From: a virus
Lineage: Duplodnaviria; Heunggongvirae; Uroviricota; Caudoviricetes
Virus record (IMG/VR): IMGVR_UViG_2645728091_000012
Length of the DNA stretch: 38,978 nucleotides
Direction: 5' to 3' (one strand)
Shown: positions 8,998 to 18,609 of the stretch, piece after piece
How the letters are laid out: each line of letters opens with the position of its first letter
Position numbering within the stretch: position 1 is the stretch's first letter
The notes under the pieces: model-generated
Seen by the model: only the letters and a program-made list of their open reading frames with translations
The model's database searches: none
What the model was told of the DNA's origin: nothing
Position numbers and translations under genes: made by a program

Positions 8998-10695
8998 ATG
9001 ATTAAAGAAATTAGTTTTAAAAAATTTAAGAAACTGATAGATATTGACTTCTCATTCAATGAAGACATCAATATAATATCAGGAACCAATGGGACATGTA
9101 AGACAACATTGCTTCATTTAATTAGCAATGGTTTCCAAATGCCACCATCTCGATCACAAAATTATTCAAATAGTAATTGTGTTAGAGTTATAAAATCTAT
9201 AAACAAAATAGCCAACCCCAAAATGGAAGCAATTGTTAGGGAATCAAAAAATTACACCGATCCGGCAGAGGGAACAAAAGGTGTGTTATTTTCTATTAAC
9301 TATTTGGATCATAGCACACTAGACTTCAGAAAGCACAACTCAAAAAATCCAGACGAAGCGCAACGGTATGCTATCAAACCAGTATACCCACGCGGAAAAG
9401 AAAAACAATCACTTCCAGCTAAACCAGTTTTATATCTTGGATTATCGCGACTATTCCCGATTGGTGAAACTAAAGACGACGCCCTTACAAAAATTCCGTT
9501 AAACCTACCAGAAGAGTATGTTGGTTATATATCGAAAATATATAATGAACTTTTGGGCATTAATATTATAAATATAGAATCAAACAATATCGGAGATTTT
9601 AAAGCTGGCCCATTATTTGATACCGATAACCCAGCAATTGATTCTAATACCATATCATCCGGGGAAGACAATATATTCATTATAATCAAGGCATTAGTTA
9701 GCCTTAGGTATTATTTTGAATCACTTATTCAATCCACTGATCAAAAAGAAAGCATTCTGTTAATAGATGAATTTGATGCCACTTTACATCCTTCTTTACA
9801 GATAAGATTATTAGATAAAATTTATCAATACGCAAAAGATTATAAGATTCAAGTATTTTTCACAACGCACAGTCTGACATTGCTAGAATATGCTTTTCAT
9901 AAAAAATACCATGTTGTCTATCTAATTAACAATATTACAAAGGCTCTGCTTTTAGATAATCCTGACATATTAAAAATAACAATGTATCTGAAAACACAAA
10001 CAAAGGATGAGATATACACAAGGAACAAGATACCAGTTTTCACGGAAGATGAAGAAGCTCGCTTTTTATTTAATGAAATACTTGGTTATTGGATAAGCAA
10101 ATATCCAAATTTTGCTATAGTTAGTAATTCATTTCACTTAATTGATTGTTTCATTGGTGCAGACAATTTAAAAACTATTTTTAATGATTCTCATCTTAAG
10201 GAAACCTCGTTAAAATCAATTTGTATTCTTGATGGAGATCACAGCCCTGAGGATCAGAGAGGAATTATATCACTGCCGGGAGAAAAAGCTCCAGAACAAT
10301 TGATATTTGAGCATTGTGAGCACCTTTATAATACCGACGACTCTTCCTTCTGGGAAAATCAGGATATAATTAACAATGGTTTTTCGAAAGAGTTATACTT
10401 ACTCAAGATACGTCCTCAACTACAATCAATTGAAACTGAAATTCAGAAAAGAAAAGACAACCATGAGTCTACATCCGGTTTAAGAAGAAAATTAAATAAG
10501 AAAATATTCAATCAGCATATTGAATTCTTTAGAATGATTACAAGAAACTGGTTAGACAAACCAGAAAATCAGAAATCTCTCCAGTATTTTTACAATGGAT
10601 TACGATCCTTATTCTACCGGGTTACACCAACAAACGGCATTGACAGAAAAATTTGGGATTTTGACTATAACAAAATCATTAAAGAGGATAAATAA
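8998..10695 (+). CDS. OLD-family-like ATP-dependent nuclease: N-terminal ABC ATPase plus C-terminal TOPRIM-like domain
   Basis: Walker A GTNGTCKTT, SSGE signature-like, Walker B ILLIDEFD, H-loop FFTTHS; C-terminal FTEDEE and ILDGD about 55 aa apart, matching the TOPRIM Glu...DxD pattern; 17 bp after the methyltransferase; AT-rich. Confidence 0.65.
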   Translation: MIKEISFKKFKKLIDIDFSFNEDINIISGTNGTCKTTLLHLISNGFQMPPSRSQNYSNSNCVRVIKSINKIANPKMEAIVRESKNYTDPAEGTKGVLFSINYLDHSTLDFRKHNSKNPDEAQRYAIKPVYPRGKEKQSLPAKPVLYLGLSRLFPIGETKDDALTKIPLNLPEEYVGYISKIYNELLGINIINIESNNIGDFKAGPLFDTDNPAIDSNTISSGEDNIFIIIKALVSLRYYFESLIQSTDQKESILLIDEFDATLHPSLQIRLLDKIYQYAKDYKIQVFFTTHSLTLLEYAFHKKYHVVYLINNITKALLLDNPDILKITMYLKTQTKDEIYTRNKIPVFTEDEEARFLFNEILGYWISKYPNFAIVSNSFHLIDCFIGADNLKTIFNDSHLKETSLKSICILDGDHSPEDQRGIISLPGEKAPEQLIFEHCEHLYNTDDSSFWENQDIINNGFSKELYLLKIRPQLQSIETEIQKRKDNHESTSGLRRKLNKKIFNQHIEFFRMITRNWLDKPENQKSLQYFYNGLRSLFYRVTPTNGIDRKIWDFDYNKIIKEDK

Positions 10696-10774
10696 TGTAT
10701 TCTAATAGAATATAAACATCAAAGCTATATTCTTTACACATATCAAGAGTAAAAAATAATTTAACTTTATACAT

Positions 10775-10810
10775 AACGACCTCTTTTACAAATAAGTAGA
10801 AAAGGTCGTT
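10775..10810 (+). terminator. Hairpin downstream of the accessory cassette
   Basis: AACGACCTCTTTTAC / GTAGAAAAGGTCGTT imperfect inverted repeat (13 of 15 pairs) with 6-nt loop, 80 bp after the stop at 10695. Confidence 0.45.
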
Positions 10811-10935
10811 ATAACTCTCATCTCCATAGCATGTAATTTTCTTTGCATATTTTCACATAACAGTCAGGGATGTATTTATAAGCAACGTCGTATACATAGG
10901 CTCAATTTTTCTATAAATAAACACTCCGTTCGGTT

Positions 10936-10962
10936 TGCACAATAGTGCACAAATTTGCACAA
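10936..10962. repeat. Three TGCACAA repeats at 10-bp spacing in the probable cos/packaging region
   Basis: TGCACAA at 10936, 10946 and 10956; lies in the non-coding gap between the accessory cassette and portal gene Q, where P2-type phages carry cos. Confidence 0.4.
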
Positions 10963-11336
10963 TTTTTTTGAACGACTTTTTGCCCTTCCGGCCCGCATGG
11001 CGGCTGGATCCGTCAAGGATCCGTGCGTGCACAAAAAAACGCGTTTTTTCTGCGCGCAGGTGACGGGGGAACAGCCCGCGTTTCAGGGGGTAAATAGCAT
11101 TCCCTGAACGATGTCGCAGAGATAGAACAGAATGGCTGTATTTCTCACGCTGAGCGTGAAAAAGACGTGAGGGCTTTTGATTTGATGGGGTGAAAGGTAA
11201 GGCCGTCAAAATCGCACTGAGACGGCGAGAACATGCAGTCAACGCGGTGGGATTGCGTAAGAGTCTGACTGTCGATGATGGCAATCAGCAGGAAAGCGTC
11301 GTGAAATTATCTGACTGATACAGGAGCTGGAGAGTC

Positions 11337-11359
11337 GGGGCATAAATTTTTTATGCCCC
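11337..11359 (-). terminator. Hairpin downstream of portal gene Q
   Basis: GGGGCATAAA-TTT-TTTATGCCCC stem-loop just past the Q stop codon on the minus strand; no clean U-tract. Confidence 0.4.
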
Positions 11360-11386
11360 GGCGAAGCAGCAGACAAGCGAAGCGCG

Positions 11387-12433
11387 TCAGGATGTGGGCT
11401 GGGTGTCTAACAGTGCGTAAGGGTTAAAGCGGATCACCTCTTCGCCAAGCCAGTCATTGATGTGCTTCATGGCCTCCATGACGGGCATCAGCTCGTTAAT
11501 TGCGTAAACCCGCGCGGCCTTCTCCACATCACCAAACGCACTTTTTTCGCCCGGCATCGCCCCCATCAGTTGCGGCGGAACGCGGTGCGCAGCCAGCACA
11601 TCATCACGGGATGCCGCCTTAACATTCATGAACTCATCCTTTGCGGTGATCTGCTGGAACGGCAAAATTTGCACCCCTTCTTTGCCCCCGTTGGGCGCAT
11701 GAATGAGCACGTTTTTAAATGCACCACCACCACGCGCACCCTGTAACGTTTCTTTCAGGGAGTCCATGCTTTCGCGGTTTACCTGCGCTGCACCGATGTA
11801 GATGATGCACCCGGCGTGGGATCCGTTGTCGTAGTACAGTTTTCTGAACATGTCCGCCGAATGAGAAAGGCTGGCCGAGAGTAATGCGCCAAGATATTCC
11901 GGCATGCCGTAGATTTCCTGGTTAATATCCGGATTCATCAGGTGGCACACTTTGCCAGGGCGAAACTGGAACGCGTCCTTGCCATCCTGCACATACCACC
12001 ATGATTCAAGATCGCTTCCGCGTCGCATGTATTTCGCCAGGGCGTGCCGTAATTTAAGCGGTTCGCCGAGCATATTGCTCCGAAGCTCAAGGAATGCGTT
12101 ACCGAACACAAACCAGTCCAGCGCCAGCGCCGAGAAATCCTGCCGGGAAAGCAGCGGGTGCGGGATGTAGCACCCGAGCAATACATTACGCTTAAAGTAA
12201 AGCGCAGACTGATGCCAGGACGTTTGCCGGGCGGCTCTTGCCAGACTGTACCAGTCCACCGGGGTTTCATACCACCGCCCGTTATCAGCACAGTACATAT
12301 TGTCCAGCAGGTCATGCCCGGTCAGGCGATAAGGACCATCAAATGTGAATGCACTGAGCGATGATTCTTTCCTGAGCGCATCAGCGAGATCAATGCGTGA
12401 ACTCATGCGCACTTTTTTATTTTTTCTGCTCAT
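11387..12433 (-). CDS. Q: Portal protein (P2 gpQ-like)
   Basis: 348-aa ORF, size and position as in the P2 Q-P divergent packaging module. Confidence 0.8.
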   Translation of the reverse strand: MSRKNKKVRMSSRIDLADALRKESSLSAFTFDGPYRLTGHDLLDNMYCADNGRWYETPVDWYSLARAARQTSWHQSALYFKRNVLLGCYIPHPLLSRQDFSALALDWFVFGNAFLELRSNMLGEPLKLRHALAKYMRRGSDLESWWYVQDGKDAFQFRPGKVCHLMNPDINQEIYGMPEYLGALLSASLSHSADMFRKLYYDNGSHAGCIIYIGAAQVNRESMDSLKETLQGARGGGAFKNVLIHAPNGGKEGVQILPFQQITAKDEFMNVKAASRDDVLAAHRVPPQLMGAMPGEKSAFGDVEKAARVYAINELMPVMEAMKHINDWLGEEVIRFNPYALLDTQPTS

Positions 12434-14184
12434 CAGAACTCCATAACCGTAAAACGCTCGTTTTCCCCTTCGCCGCCAATCGGTTCGTTAATGACAGCAA
12501 GCATGGTTGCCCACGCAAGGTCGCCGTGGCTGATCCCCCTCGCACGGTCCGTTTCGTAAGTGATAAAGCCGCCCGGTGTTTTCACCTTACGCACGGCGTT
12601 AAAGGCTGCGACCAGCTCGCGTTCGGCGCGATCATATTCCCACCGCCCGGCACGCATTATTTGCAGCATTTTCAGTACCAGCGACCGTTTTGATGACAGC
12701 GTGAAGGTGTACGGAATAGCAGCAGGGAAAAACCGTTTCACTATCTGATAAACAGCCTCCCCGTTCCCGCCCGTCACATCAATGCCGATGTGTTCCACGT
12801 TGTAGCGACACGTGAACTCTTCAATGACTCTGGCCTGTTCTTCAAACTCCAGCCCCTGAACGCGTCGCGTCTCCACCGTTCGAAAACGGCCTCCAGGAAC
12901 AGCCGGAGGAACCACCACGGACACAGCGCCGCTGTCGCCGTTTCCACTGCTGCCGTTTGCGTCATACCCAATCCATACCGGACGATTCCCCATCGGGCGG
13001 GGAGCAAAAGGTTTCCAGTCTTTCCAGTCGTCGTATCCGTCAACACCGCAGCCAATCAGGATATTCAGGTTAAATGCCGATTCCCCTTCGCGGACAAACT
13101 CACACATATAGAGATTGCGGAACTCGTCTTCGGTGTTTTCATCACGAATTTCGTCAATATCGGTGTGTTTCCAGCCGTGATTAACCACATCTTCCAGCGT
13201 GACAATTTGCCGCCACGTCCGGTCAGGGCAGATAAGCCCGTTATGCAGCGTTTTCCAGTCCACAGAAAAACGCTGGCGTTTATGCGTGGCCTTTTTCTCG
13301 TTCCAGCGGTCGCCATTCCAGTAGGCGTATGCCTCGTGCGTTTCGGTGGATGGCGTGGAGAAGTAGGTGCGCCGCAGTCCGCTGAGGGTTGCCATAGCGC
13401 CAGCCACCTTGCGCAGTTCAGCAAAGCGACTGACCCAGAAAAATTCATCAAAATAAAAATTGCCCGTGTAGGACTGTGCCGTCGCAGCAGAAGTACCAAG
13501 AAAATGCAGCTCTGCGCCGTTGGAGAGGATGATTTTATCGCCCCCTTTCAGCTCCACATCAACTTCAGCCGCAGCCTTCTGAATAATGCTTTTAAACTGG
13601 AACGCCTGACGACGCGACGCAGACAAAAAAATCTGGTTACGCTGGTAAGGTTGTGCCACATCGTCACGCAGCGCCATCAGCAGTGCTTCCTGTGCAAAAT
13701 ACCAGGTCGCCCCAATCTGTCGGGATTTCAGGATCATCCTGTTACGTATCCCGGCTTCCCTGCAAAGGGTCAGGGAGTCAAACCAGCCCCGCTGATGCCA
13801 CTCCAGCCTGCTGATGATTTTTTCCCGCAGTGCGGCAATCTGTTCCGGCGTGAAATGATTTTTGAGTTTTTTCGCCCGGCCTTTCTTTCCTGCGGCCATC
13901 ACATCCGGCTGGCCATCATGCAGCTTTTTAAGCTGCCGGGTCAGCAGGTCTATTTCCTTGAAGTCACCACCTGTTTTATTCTGTTTTTCAGTAAGCTGGA
14001 TGAGGCGCGCATCGATGGACTGCGTGACACGCTGCACGGGTGGCGTTTCATCCCACTGGTCGCGTTTTTTCCACGCATAAATCGTGTTCGGGTTTATTCC
14101 CATCAGACGTGATATTTCTGCGGGCGGATAACCCTGCCAGTAAAGTTGCCGCGCACGCTGGCGCACAAAAGCGTCCTGAATCAT
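12433..14184 (-). CDS. P: Terminase large (ATPase) subunit (P2 gpP-like)
   Basis: 583-aa ORF overlapping Q start; terminase-like size and position. Confidence 0.8.
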   Translation of the reverse strand: MIQDAFVRQRARQLYWQGYPPAEISRLMGINPNTIYAWKKRDQWDETPPVQRVTQSIDARLIQLTEKQNKTGGDFKEIDLLTRQLKKLHDGQPDVMAAGKKGRAKKLKNHFTPEQIAALREKIISRLEWHQRGWFDSLTLCREAGIRNRMILKSRQIGATWYFAQEALLMALRDDVAQPYQRNQIFLSASRRQAFQFKSIIQKAAAEVDVELKGGDKIILSNGAELHFLGTSAATAQSYTGNFYFDEFFWVSRFAELRKVAGAMATLSGLRRTYFSTPSTETHEAYAYWNGDRWNEKKATHKRQRFSVDWKTLHNGLICPDRTWRQIVTLEDVVNHGWKHTDIDEIRDENTEDEFRNLYMCEFVREGESAFNLNILIGCGVDGYDDWKDWKPFAPRPMGNRPVWIGYDANGSSGNGDSGAVSVVVPPAVPGGRFRTVETRRVQGLEFEEQARVIEEFTCRYNVEHIGIDVTGGNGEAVYQIVKRFFPAAIPYTFTLSSKRSLVLKMLQIMRAGRWEYDRAERELVAAFNAVRKVKTPGGFITYETDRARGISHGDLAWATMLAVINEPIGGEGENERFTVMEF

Positions 14185-14227
14185 TGCTCCCCCTGAGTAA
14201 TTACAGGAAGATTACCCGCGCGCGAAA

Positions 14228-14273
14228 CCGTTCTCCTTAACCCCCTGTTCTGACTGTTTTCTTACAACAAAAG
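14228..14273 (+). promoter_or_regulatory. Candidate late-promoter element upstream of gene O (CCGTTCTCC ... ACAACAAAAG)
   Basis: Same two motifs recur upstream of gene D at 33107-33136; lies about 50-110 bp upstream of the O start, where P2-type Ogr-dependent promoters sit. Confidence 0.35.
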
Positions 14274-14338
14274 CCCTTTGTATCAGCCTGTTACGCTTTG
14301 CCATCATGACTGAAGAACCAGTCAGAGGGGCAAAAACT

Positions 14339-15175
14339 ATGACTAATGAAAAAAAGACATCCCGCAAAAAGTTTCGCGTGGCTGTCTCCGGTGTGACGGC
14401 AGACGGGCGCGAAATCAACGGCGACATGCTGAAAGCTGCCGCCACCAGTTATAACCCGTCCGTTTATGGTGCACGTGTGAATATTGAGCACATCCTGTCA
14501 CCACTCCCCGGTAGCGAGTTTTCCGCTATGGGCGATGTTGTGGGGTTGAGCACCGAAGACATAACCGATGGCCCGCTGGCAGGCCGCACGGCACTGTATG
14601 CCGAAATTGAGCCGACCGCTCGCATGATGTCCCTGCTTAACGATGGTAAAAAAATTTACTCCAGTATTGAGCTGGAACCACAGTCAACCATCACGGGAGG
14701 CCCTTACCTGCGCGGGCTGGCAATGACCGACACCCCCGCCAGCCTGGGCACGGAACGTCTGGCCTTTGCGGCACAACAACGTATGCAACTGATGACATTC
14801 AACTGTCAGCAGGGAGACGTGGCGATGTTCACCGCCGCTATGGAGTCAGAACTTATCGAACTCACCGAACAACGTCAGGAAGAAGGCACCCAGTGGTTTA
14901 ACCGCGTTATGGGGATTATTGGCCGTGGCCGCAAAGCGGATGACGCCAGTTTCTCCCGTATTCAGGAAGCGGTGGAAGGTGTCGCAACGTCACAGGCCGA
15001 TATTATCGACCGTTTTAATGCACTGGAAACCCGCCATCAGCAGGACAGCCAGAAAATCACTTCGCTGACCACAGAGCTGACAGCACTGAAGGAAAAACTG
15101 CGCACGCAGGACGGCGATCCGCAGAACCGGTTCACCGCAACGGGCGCAGCCTCCGACCAGCTGGCTGACTTCTGA
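14339..15175 (+). CDS. O: Capsid scaffolding protein (P2 gpO-like)
   Basis: Start taken at MTNEKK (AGAGGGG RBS); gpO-like features (FRVAV.G.T.DGR, RVNIEHI, DTPASLGTE). Confidence 0.8.
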   Translation: MTNEKKTSRKKFRVAVSGVTADGREINGDMLKAAATSYNPSVYGARVNIEHILSPLPGSEFSAMGDVVGLSTEDITDGPLAGRTALYAEIEPTARMMSLLNDGKKIYSSIELEPQSTITGGPYLRGLAMTDTPASLGTERLAFAAQQRMQLMTFNCQQGDVAMFTAAMESELIELTEQRQEEGTQWFNRVMGIIGRGRKADDASFSRIQEAVEGVATSQADIIDRFNALETRHQQDSQKITSLTTELTALKEKLRTQDGDPQNRFTATGAASDQLADF

Positions 15176-15198
15176 TAAGACAAAGGAGCAAATTTTTT

Positions 15199-16251
15199 AT
15201 GAATCTGGTGATGTCAGATAATGCCCGTAACAAGCTGGGCTGCTACATGACGCGACAGGCGTCGATTAACAATATCCCGGTTTCTGGGCTGGTATCGCGA
15301 TTTACCGTGGAACCCTCGGTGCAGCAGCGTTTTGAAAACGCCTCAAAGGATAGCACCGAACTTACAAAAAAAATTAACGTGATCGGTGTGACCGACCAGA
15401 AAGGCGAAAAAGTCCTCATGGACACCACCGGGCCGATTGCGCGCACAAATACCAGTTATGACGGCACAGATCGCCGCAACCCGATTAACGCTGTCGACCT
15501 GAAGTCCCGTCAGTACCAGTGTGAGCAGGTGAACTACGACACGTTTATTTCGTATCCGCAGCTTGATGCCTGGGCGGCGCACAATGACTTCCAGACCCGC
15601 ATCAGCGCACAGATTGCCCGACAGGTGGCGCTTGACCGCATCATGATCGGCTTTAACGGCACGTCACACGCGGAAAAATCCAACTTCAGCACCAACAAGC
15701 TGCTTCAGGACGTTAACGTGGGGTGGCTGGAGCACATCAGAACCAATGCCAGCGCGCGCGTAATGAATGACGTGACGCTGACCTCCCGCAACATGGACAA
15801 CACCGTGGCGCACGCGGGTAAGTATGCGAACGCTGATGCACTGGTTCAGGACGCACGCTCATCCCTGCTGGATGAATGGCACAAGGAAGCTGACGACCTC
15901 GTGGTGATTATGGGGCGCAACCTGTTTAACTCGCTGCGTCTGCCCGTGCTGAACAGCATCAGCGGCCAGAATCCCAATGCGGAATTACTCGCCGGACAGC
16001 TCATCCTGTCATCGCGCACCATTGGCGGGCTGGGTGTGTTCCTTGCGCCGTTCTTCCCGGATGCAACGATGCTGATCACCTCGTTCAACAACCTGTCGAT
16101 TTACTGGCAGAAAGGTTCAATGCGTCGTCTGATGAAAGACGAACCGGAATACAACCGCATCGCCACCTACCAGTCCATCAATGACGCTTATGTCGTTGAA
16201 GACTATGGCAAGTGCGCGATGGTCACTGGCCTGAAGTTCGCCGACAGCTAA
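15199..16251 (+). CDS. N: Major capsid protein (P2 gpN-like)
   Basis: 350-aa ORF with AAGGAG RBS; gpN-like (FTVEPSV), position between O and M. Confidence 0.85.
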   Translation: MNLVMSDNARNKLGCYMTRQASINNIPVSGLVSRFTVEPSVQQRFENASKDSTELTKKINVIGVTDQKGEKVLMDTTGPIARTNTSYDGTDRRNPINAVDLKSRQYQCEQVNYDTFISYPQLDAWAAHNDFQTRISAQIARQVALDRIMIGFNGTSHAEKSNFSTNKLLQDVNVGWLEHIRTNASARVMNDVTLTSRNMDNTVAHAGKYANADALVQDARSSLLDEWHKEADDLVVIMGRNLFNSLRLPVLNSISGQNPNAELLAGQLILSSRTIGGLGVFLAPFFPDATMLITSFNNLSIYWQKGSMRRLMKDEPEYNRIATYQSINDAYVVEDYGKCAMVTGLKFADS

Positions 16252-16296
16252 TCAACTCACAGCGGGCATCATGCCCGCCTGTAACGGAGAGAAAAA

Positions 16297-17097
16297 ATGA
16301 TTACTCCTGCACAGCAACACTGGCAGAACGTGATGGCACAGCGCGCAGGCCGGGCGAATGAAGGCGTGGACCACGCCGCGCGTACCGCGCATGAAGAGGT
16401 GCTGTATCGTCTGCGTCTGGCACAGGCCCGGCTTAAGGGCGTACAGGCCAGAAGCGCGAAAGCCGCCATCAAAAAAGAGTTGTTGCCGGACTTTTCCGGC
16501 TGGATTGAGGGAACGCTGGAGGCTGACGGCGGGCAGCAGGATGAAGTGATTGCCACGCTGATGGTGTGGGCGATTGACTGCGGCGATCTTCCGCTGGCGT
16601 TGCGTATTGGTGCGTATGTGGTCCGTCATAACCTCATTATGCCGGATAACTTTGGCCGTACTGCTGCCACAGTGCTGACCGAAGAAATCTGCAACCCGGT
16701 ACTGACGCAGGCCGGGACGGATGCCGACGCGGATTTGTCCGCCTTTATCGAACCACTGGATACCCTCCGGGAGATTGTCACCGACCAGGACATGCCGGAC
16801 GAAGTGCGCGCCAAATTATGCAAGGCGTGCGCCTTTGCCCGTCGTGGCCTGAGTGATGCGGACAGCATGGCCCTGTCACTGAAGCTGCTGCGCGAAGCAA
16901 TGCACCTGAACCCGAATGCAGGTGTGAAACGCGAGATTGCAACCCTTTCCCGCGCCCTGAAAAAAGCCGATTCCGCAGCCGAACCAGAAGACGCCAGCGC
17001 ACAGCAGGCGCAGGACGAAAGCAGCAAAAGTAAAAAGACAACGCGGAAGCCTGCAACACGAAAAACCACCGCGACGCAGAAGGCGAAGCGCGGTTAA
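16297..17097 (+). CDS. M: Terminase endonuclease/small subunit (P2 gpM-like)
   Basis: 266-aa ORF with basic C-terminal tail, canonical position after N. Confidence 0.75.
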   Translation: MITPAQQHWQNVMAQRAGRANEGVDHAARTAHEEVLYRLRLAQARLKGVQARSAKAAIKKELLPDFSGWIEGTLEADGGQQDEVIATLMVWAIDCGDLPLALRIGAYVVRHNLIMPDNFGRTAATVLTEEICNPVLTQAGTDADADLSAFIEPLDTLREIVTDQDMPDEVRAKLCKACAFARRGLSDADSMALSLKLLREAMHLNPNAGVKREIATLSRALKKADSAAEPEDASAQQAQDESSKSKKTTRKPATRKTTATQKAKRG

Positions 17098-17190
17098 CGA
17101 CTGACCCCGTCAGCGGGCGGCGTGCGCGGTGTTCCGGTTTGACTCCGTGACCGTTTACACCGCGCACCCACCGCCCGATTTTTTTCAGGA

Positions 17191-17694
17191 GTGAACCCCA
17201 TGAGTATGGTTGCCAGAACCAACCCCGGCCCCGCAGAGGACGACATCACCGATACCGATGATGGTGATACCCGTATTTCAGCGGGTGCATTCTGGCCGGA
17301 TATTGTGCTGCGTGAGCTGCGTCTGGCGGTACGACTGCCGGGCCGTGTGACCACCTCCCGTCTGCTGCATACCGCCACCGGGGCTGTGGCACATGTTACC
17401 CGCGAGCTGGAAGCATGGCAGCAGGAACAGCAGGCGGCTGGCCATCAGACGCTGGCCGATGTTCCGGCACCCGTAATTAACGGAGAAAGCGTCAATCTCT
17501 GGCACTGGCGCAATGCGGTTTACACCGCCACACGCGCCCTGATTCTGGAGCGTTACCGCGATGCGGACACAACGGACAAGGGCGACCGCCGGGCGGACGC
17601 ACTGGATATACAGACATCGGATTTGTGGCGTGATGTGAGCTGGGCCATCTCTGACATTCTGTGCCGTCCGCGAATCTTTGCGGAGTTGTGCTGA
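17191..17694 (+). CDS. L: Head completion/stabilisation protein (P2 gpL-like)
   Basis: 167-aa ORF, canonical position. Confidence 0.75.
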   Translation: MNPMSMVARTNPGPAEDDITDTDDGDTRISAGAFWPDIVLRELRLAVRLPGRVTTSRLLHTATGAVAHVTRELEAWQQEQQAAGHQTLADVPAPVINGESVNLWHWRNAVYTATRALILERYRDADTTDKGDRRADALDIQTSDLWRDVSWAISDILCRPRIFAELC

Positions 17695-17894
17695 TGAAAG
17701 TAAAGGCACTGGAAGGCGACACCGTGGATTCGCTCTGTTTCCGGTACTACGGCACGACGCAGGGCGTCACCGAAAAGGTGCTGGATGCCAACCCCGGACT
17801 CTGTCAGCAGGTATTTCTGGACGCCGGGCAGGAAGTGGAGATGCCGGAGCCGGAGAAGAAGAAACGAGAAATGATTCAGTTGTGGGGGGAGTAG
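17694..17894 (+). CDS. X: Tail protein X-like
   Basis: ATG at 17694 overlapping the L stop (TGATG); 66 aa. Confidence 0.7.
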   Translation: MKVKALEGDTVDSLCFRYYGTTQGVTEKVLDANPGLCQQVFLDAGQEVEMPEPEKKKREMIQLWGE

Positions 17895-17896
17895 CA

Positions 17897-18220
17897 GTGA
17901 GCACCATTCAAACAGGGATCACAGAGCAGGTTATTGCATGGCTCTTTGACCACCTGCCAACGGTGTATGCAGTAGGCGCGGCGGTCAGCATTTCCGCGCT
18001 GATGAGTCTTTATGACGGACGAACACTGGTTCAGACCGTAACGGGATCGCTGGCGTGCGGCGTTCTTGCCATGGCCGTGGCCGGGTCGTTGCGCTTCTTC
18101 GGTTTTCCTGAAGATGCCGTGACGTTTATCGGCGCATCAATCGGTTTTATGGGGGCAGAGAAAGCACGCGACAAGGTTATTGCGGCCTTTAATCGCAGGG
18201 TGAAGGAGAAGGACGAATGA
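17897..18220 (+). CDS. Y: Holin (P2 gpY-like)
   Basis: GTG start; 107 aa with hydrophobic transmembrane segments; first gene of lysis cassette. Confidence 0.65.
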   Translation: MSTIQTGITEQVIAWLFDHLPTVYAVGAAVSISALMSLYDGRTLVQTVTGSLACGVLAMAVAGSLRFFGFPEDAVTFIGASIGFMGAEKARDKVIAAFNRRVKEKDE

Positions 18221-18609
18221 GCAACACATTTAAATTCAGCAGCCGGAGCGAAAAGAATTTGCAGGGCGTAAATCCTGATCTGGTGAAAGTGACCCGACGG
18301 GCACTGGAAATCTCGGAAGTGGATTTTGGTATCACCGAAGGGTTGCGCAGCCGTTACCGCCAGAAGCAACTGGTGGCCACGGGTAAGAGCCAGACCATGA
18401 ACAGCCGCCACCTTACGGGGCATGCCGTGGATGTTGTGGCTTATATCGGCAGCCAGGTGTCATGGGAATGGTCGCTGTACGAAAAAATCGCAGCAGCATT
18501 CAGACAGGCCAGCCGGGAACTGAATATTCCGGTGGAATGGGGCGGCGACTGGAAGACCCTGAAAGACGGACCGCATTTTCAGTTACCACACGGAGCCTAT
18601 CCGGCATGA
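18217..18609 (+). CDS. Endolysin, zinc peptidase M15 type
   Basis: SRHLTGHAVD matches the SxHxxGxAxD zinc-binding motif of M15 peptidases; occupies the position of the P2 K lysozyme. Confidence 0.75.
   Translation: MSNTFKFSSRSEKNLQGVNPDLVKVTRRALEISEVDFGITEGLRSRYRQKQLVATGKSQTMNSRHLTGHAVDVVAYIGSQVSWEWSLYEKIAAAFRQASRELNIPVEWGGDWKTLKDGPHFQLPHGAYPA

Noticed and set aside
10853-11284. 143-aa minus-strand ORF in the Q-upstream non-coding region
   Set aside because: No RBS, odd composition, overlaps the probable cos/packaging region.
12790-14112. 440-aa plus-strand ORF
   Set aside because: Lies entirely antisense within the terminase large subunit gene; no independent support.
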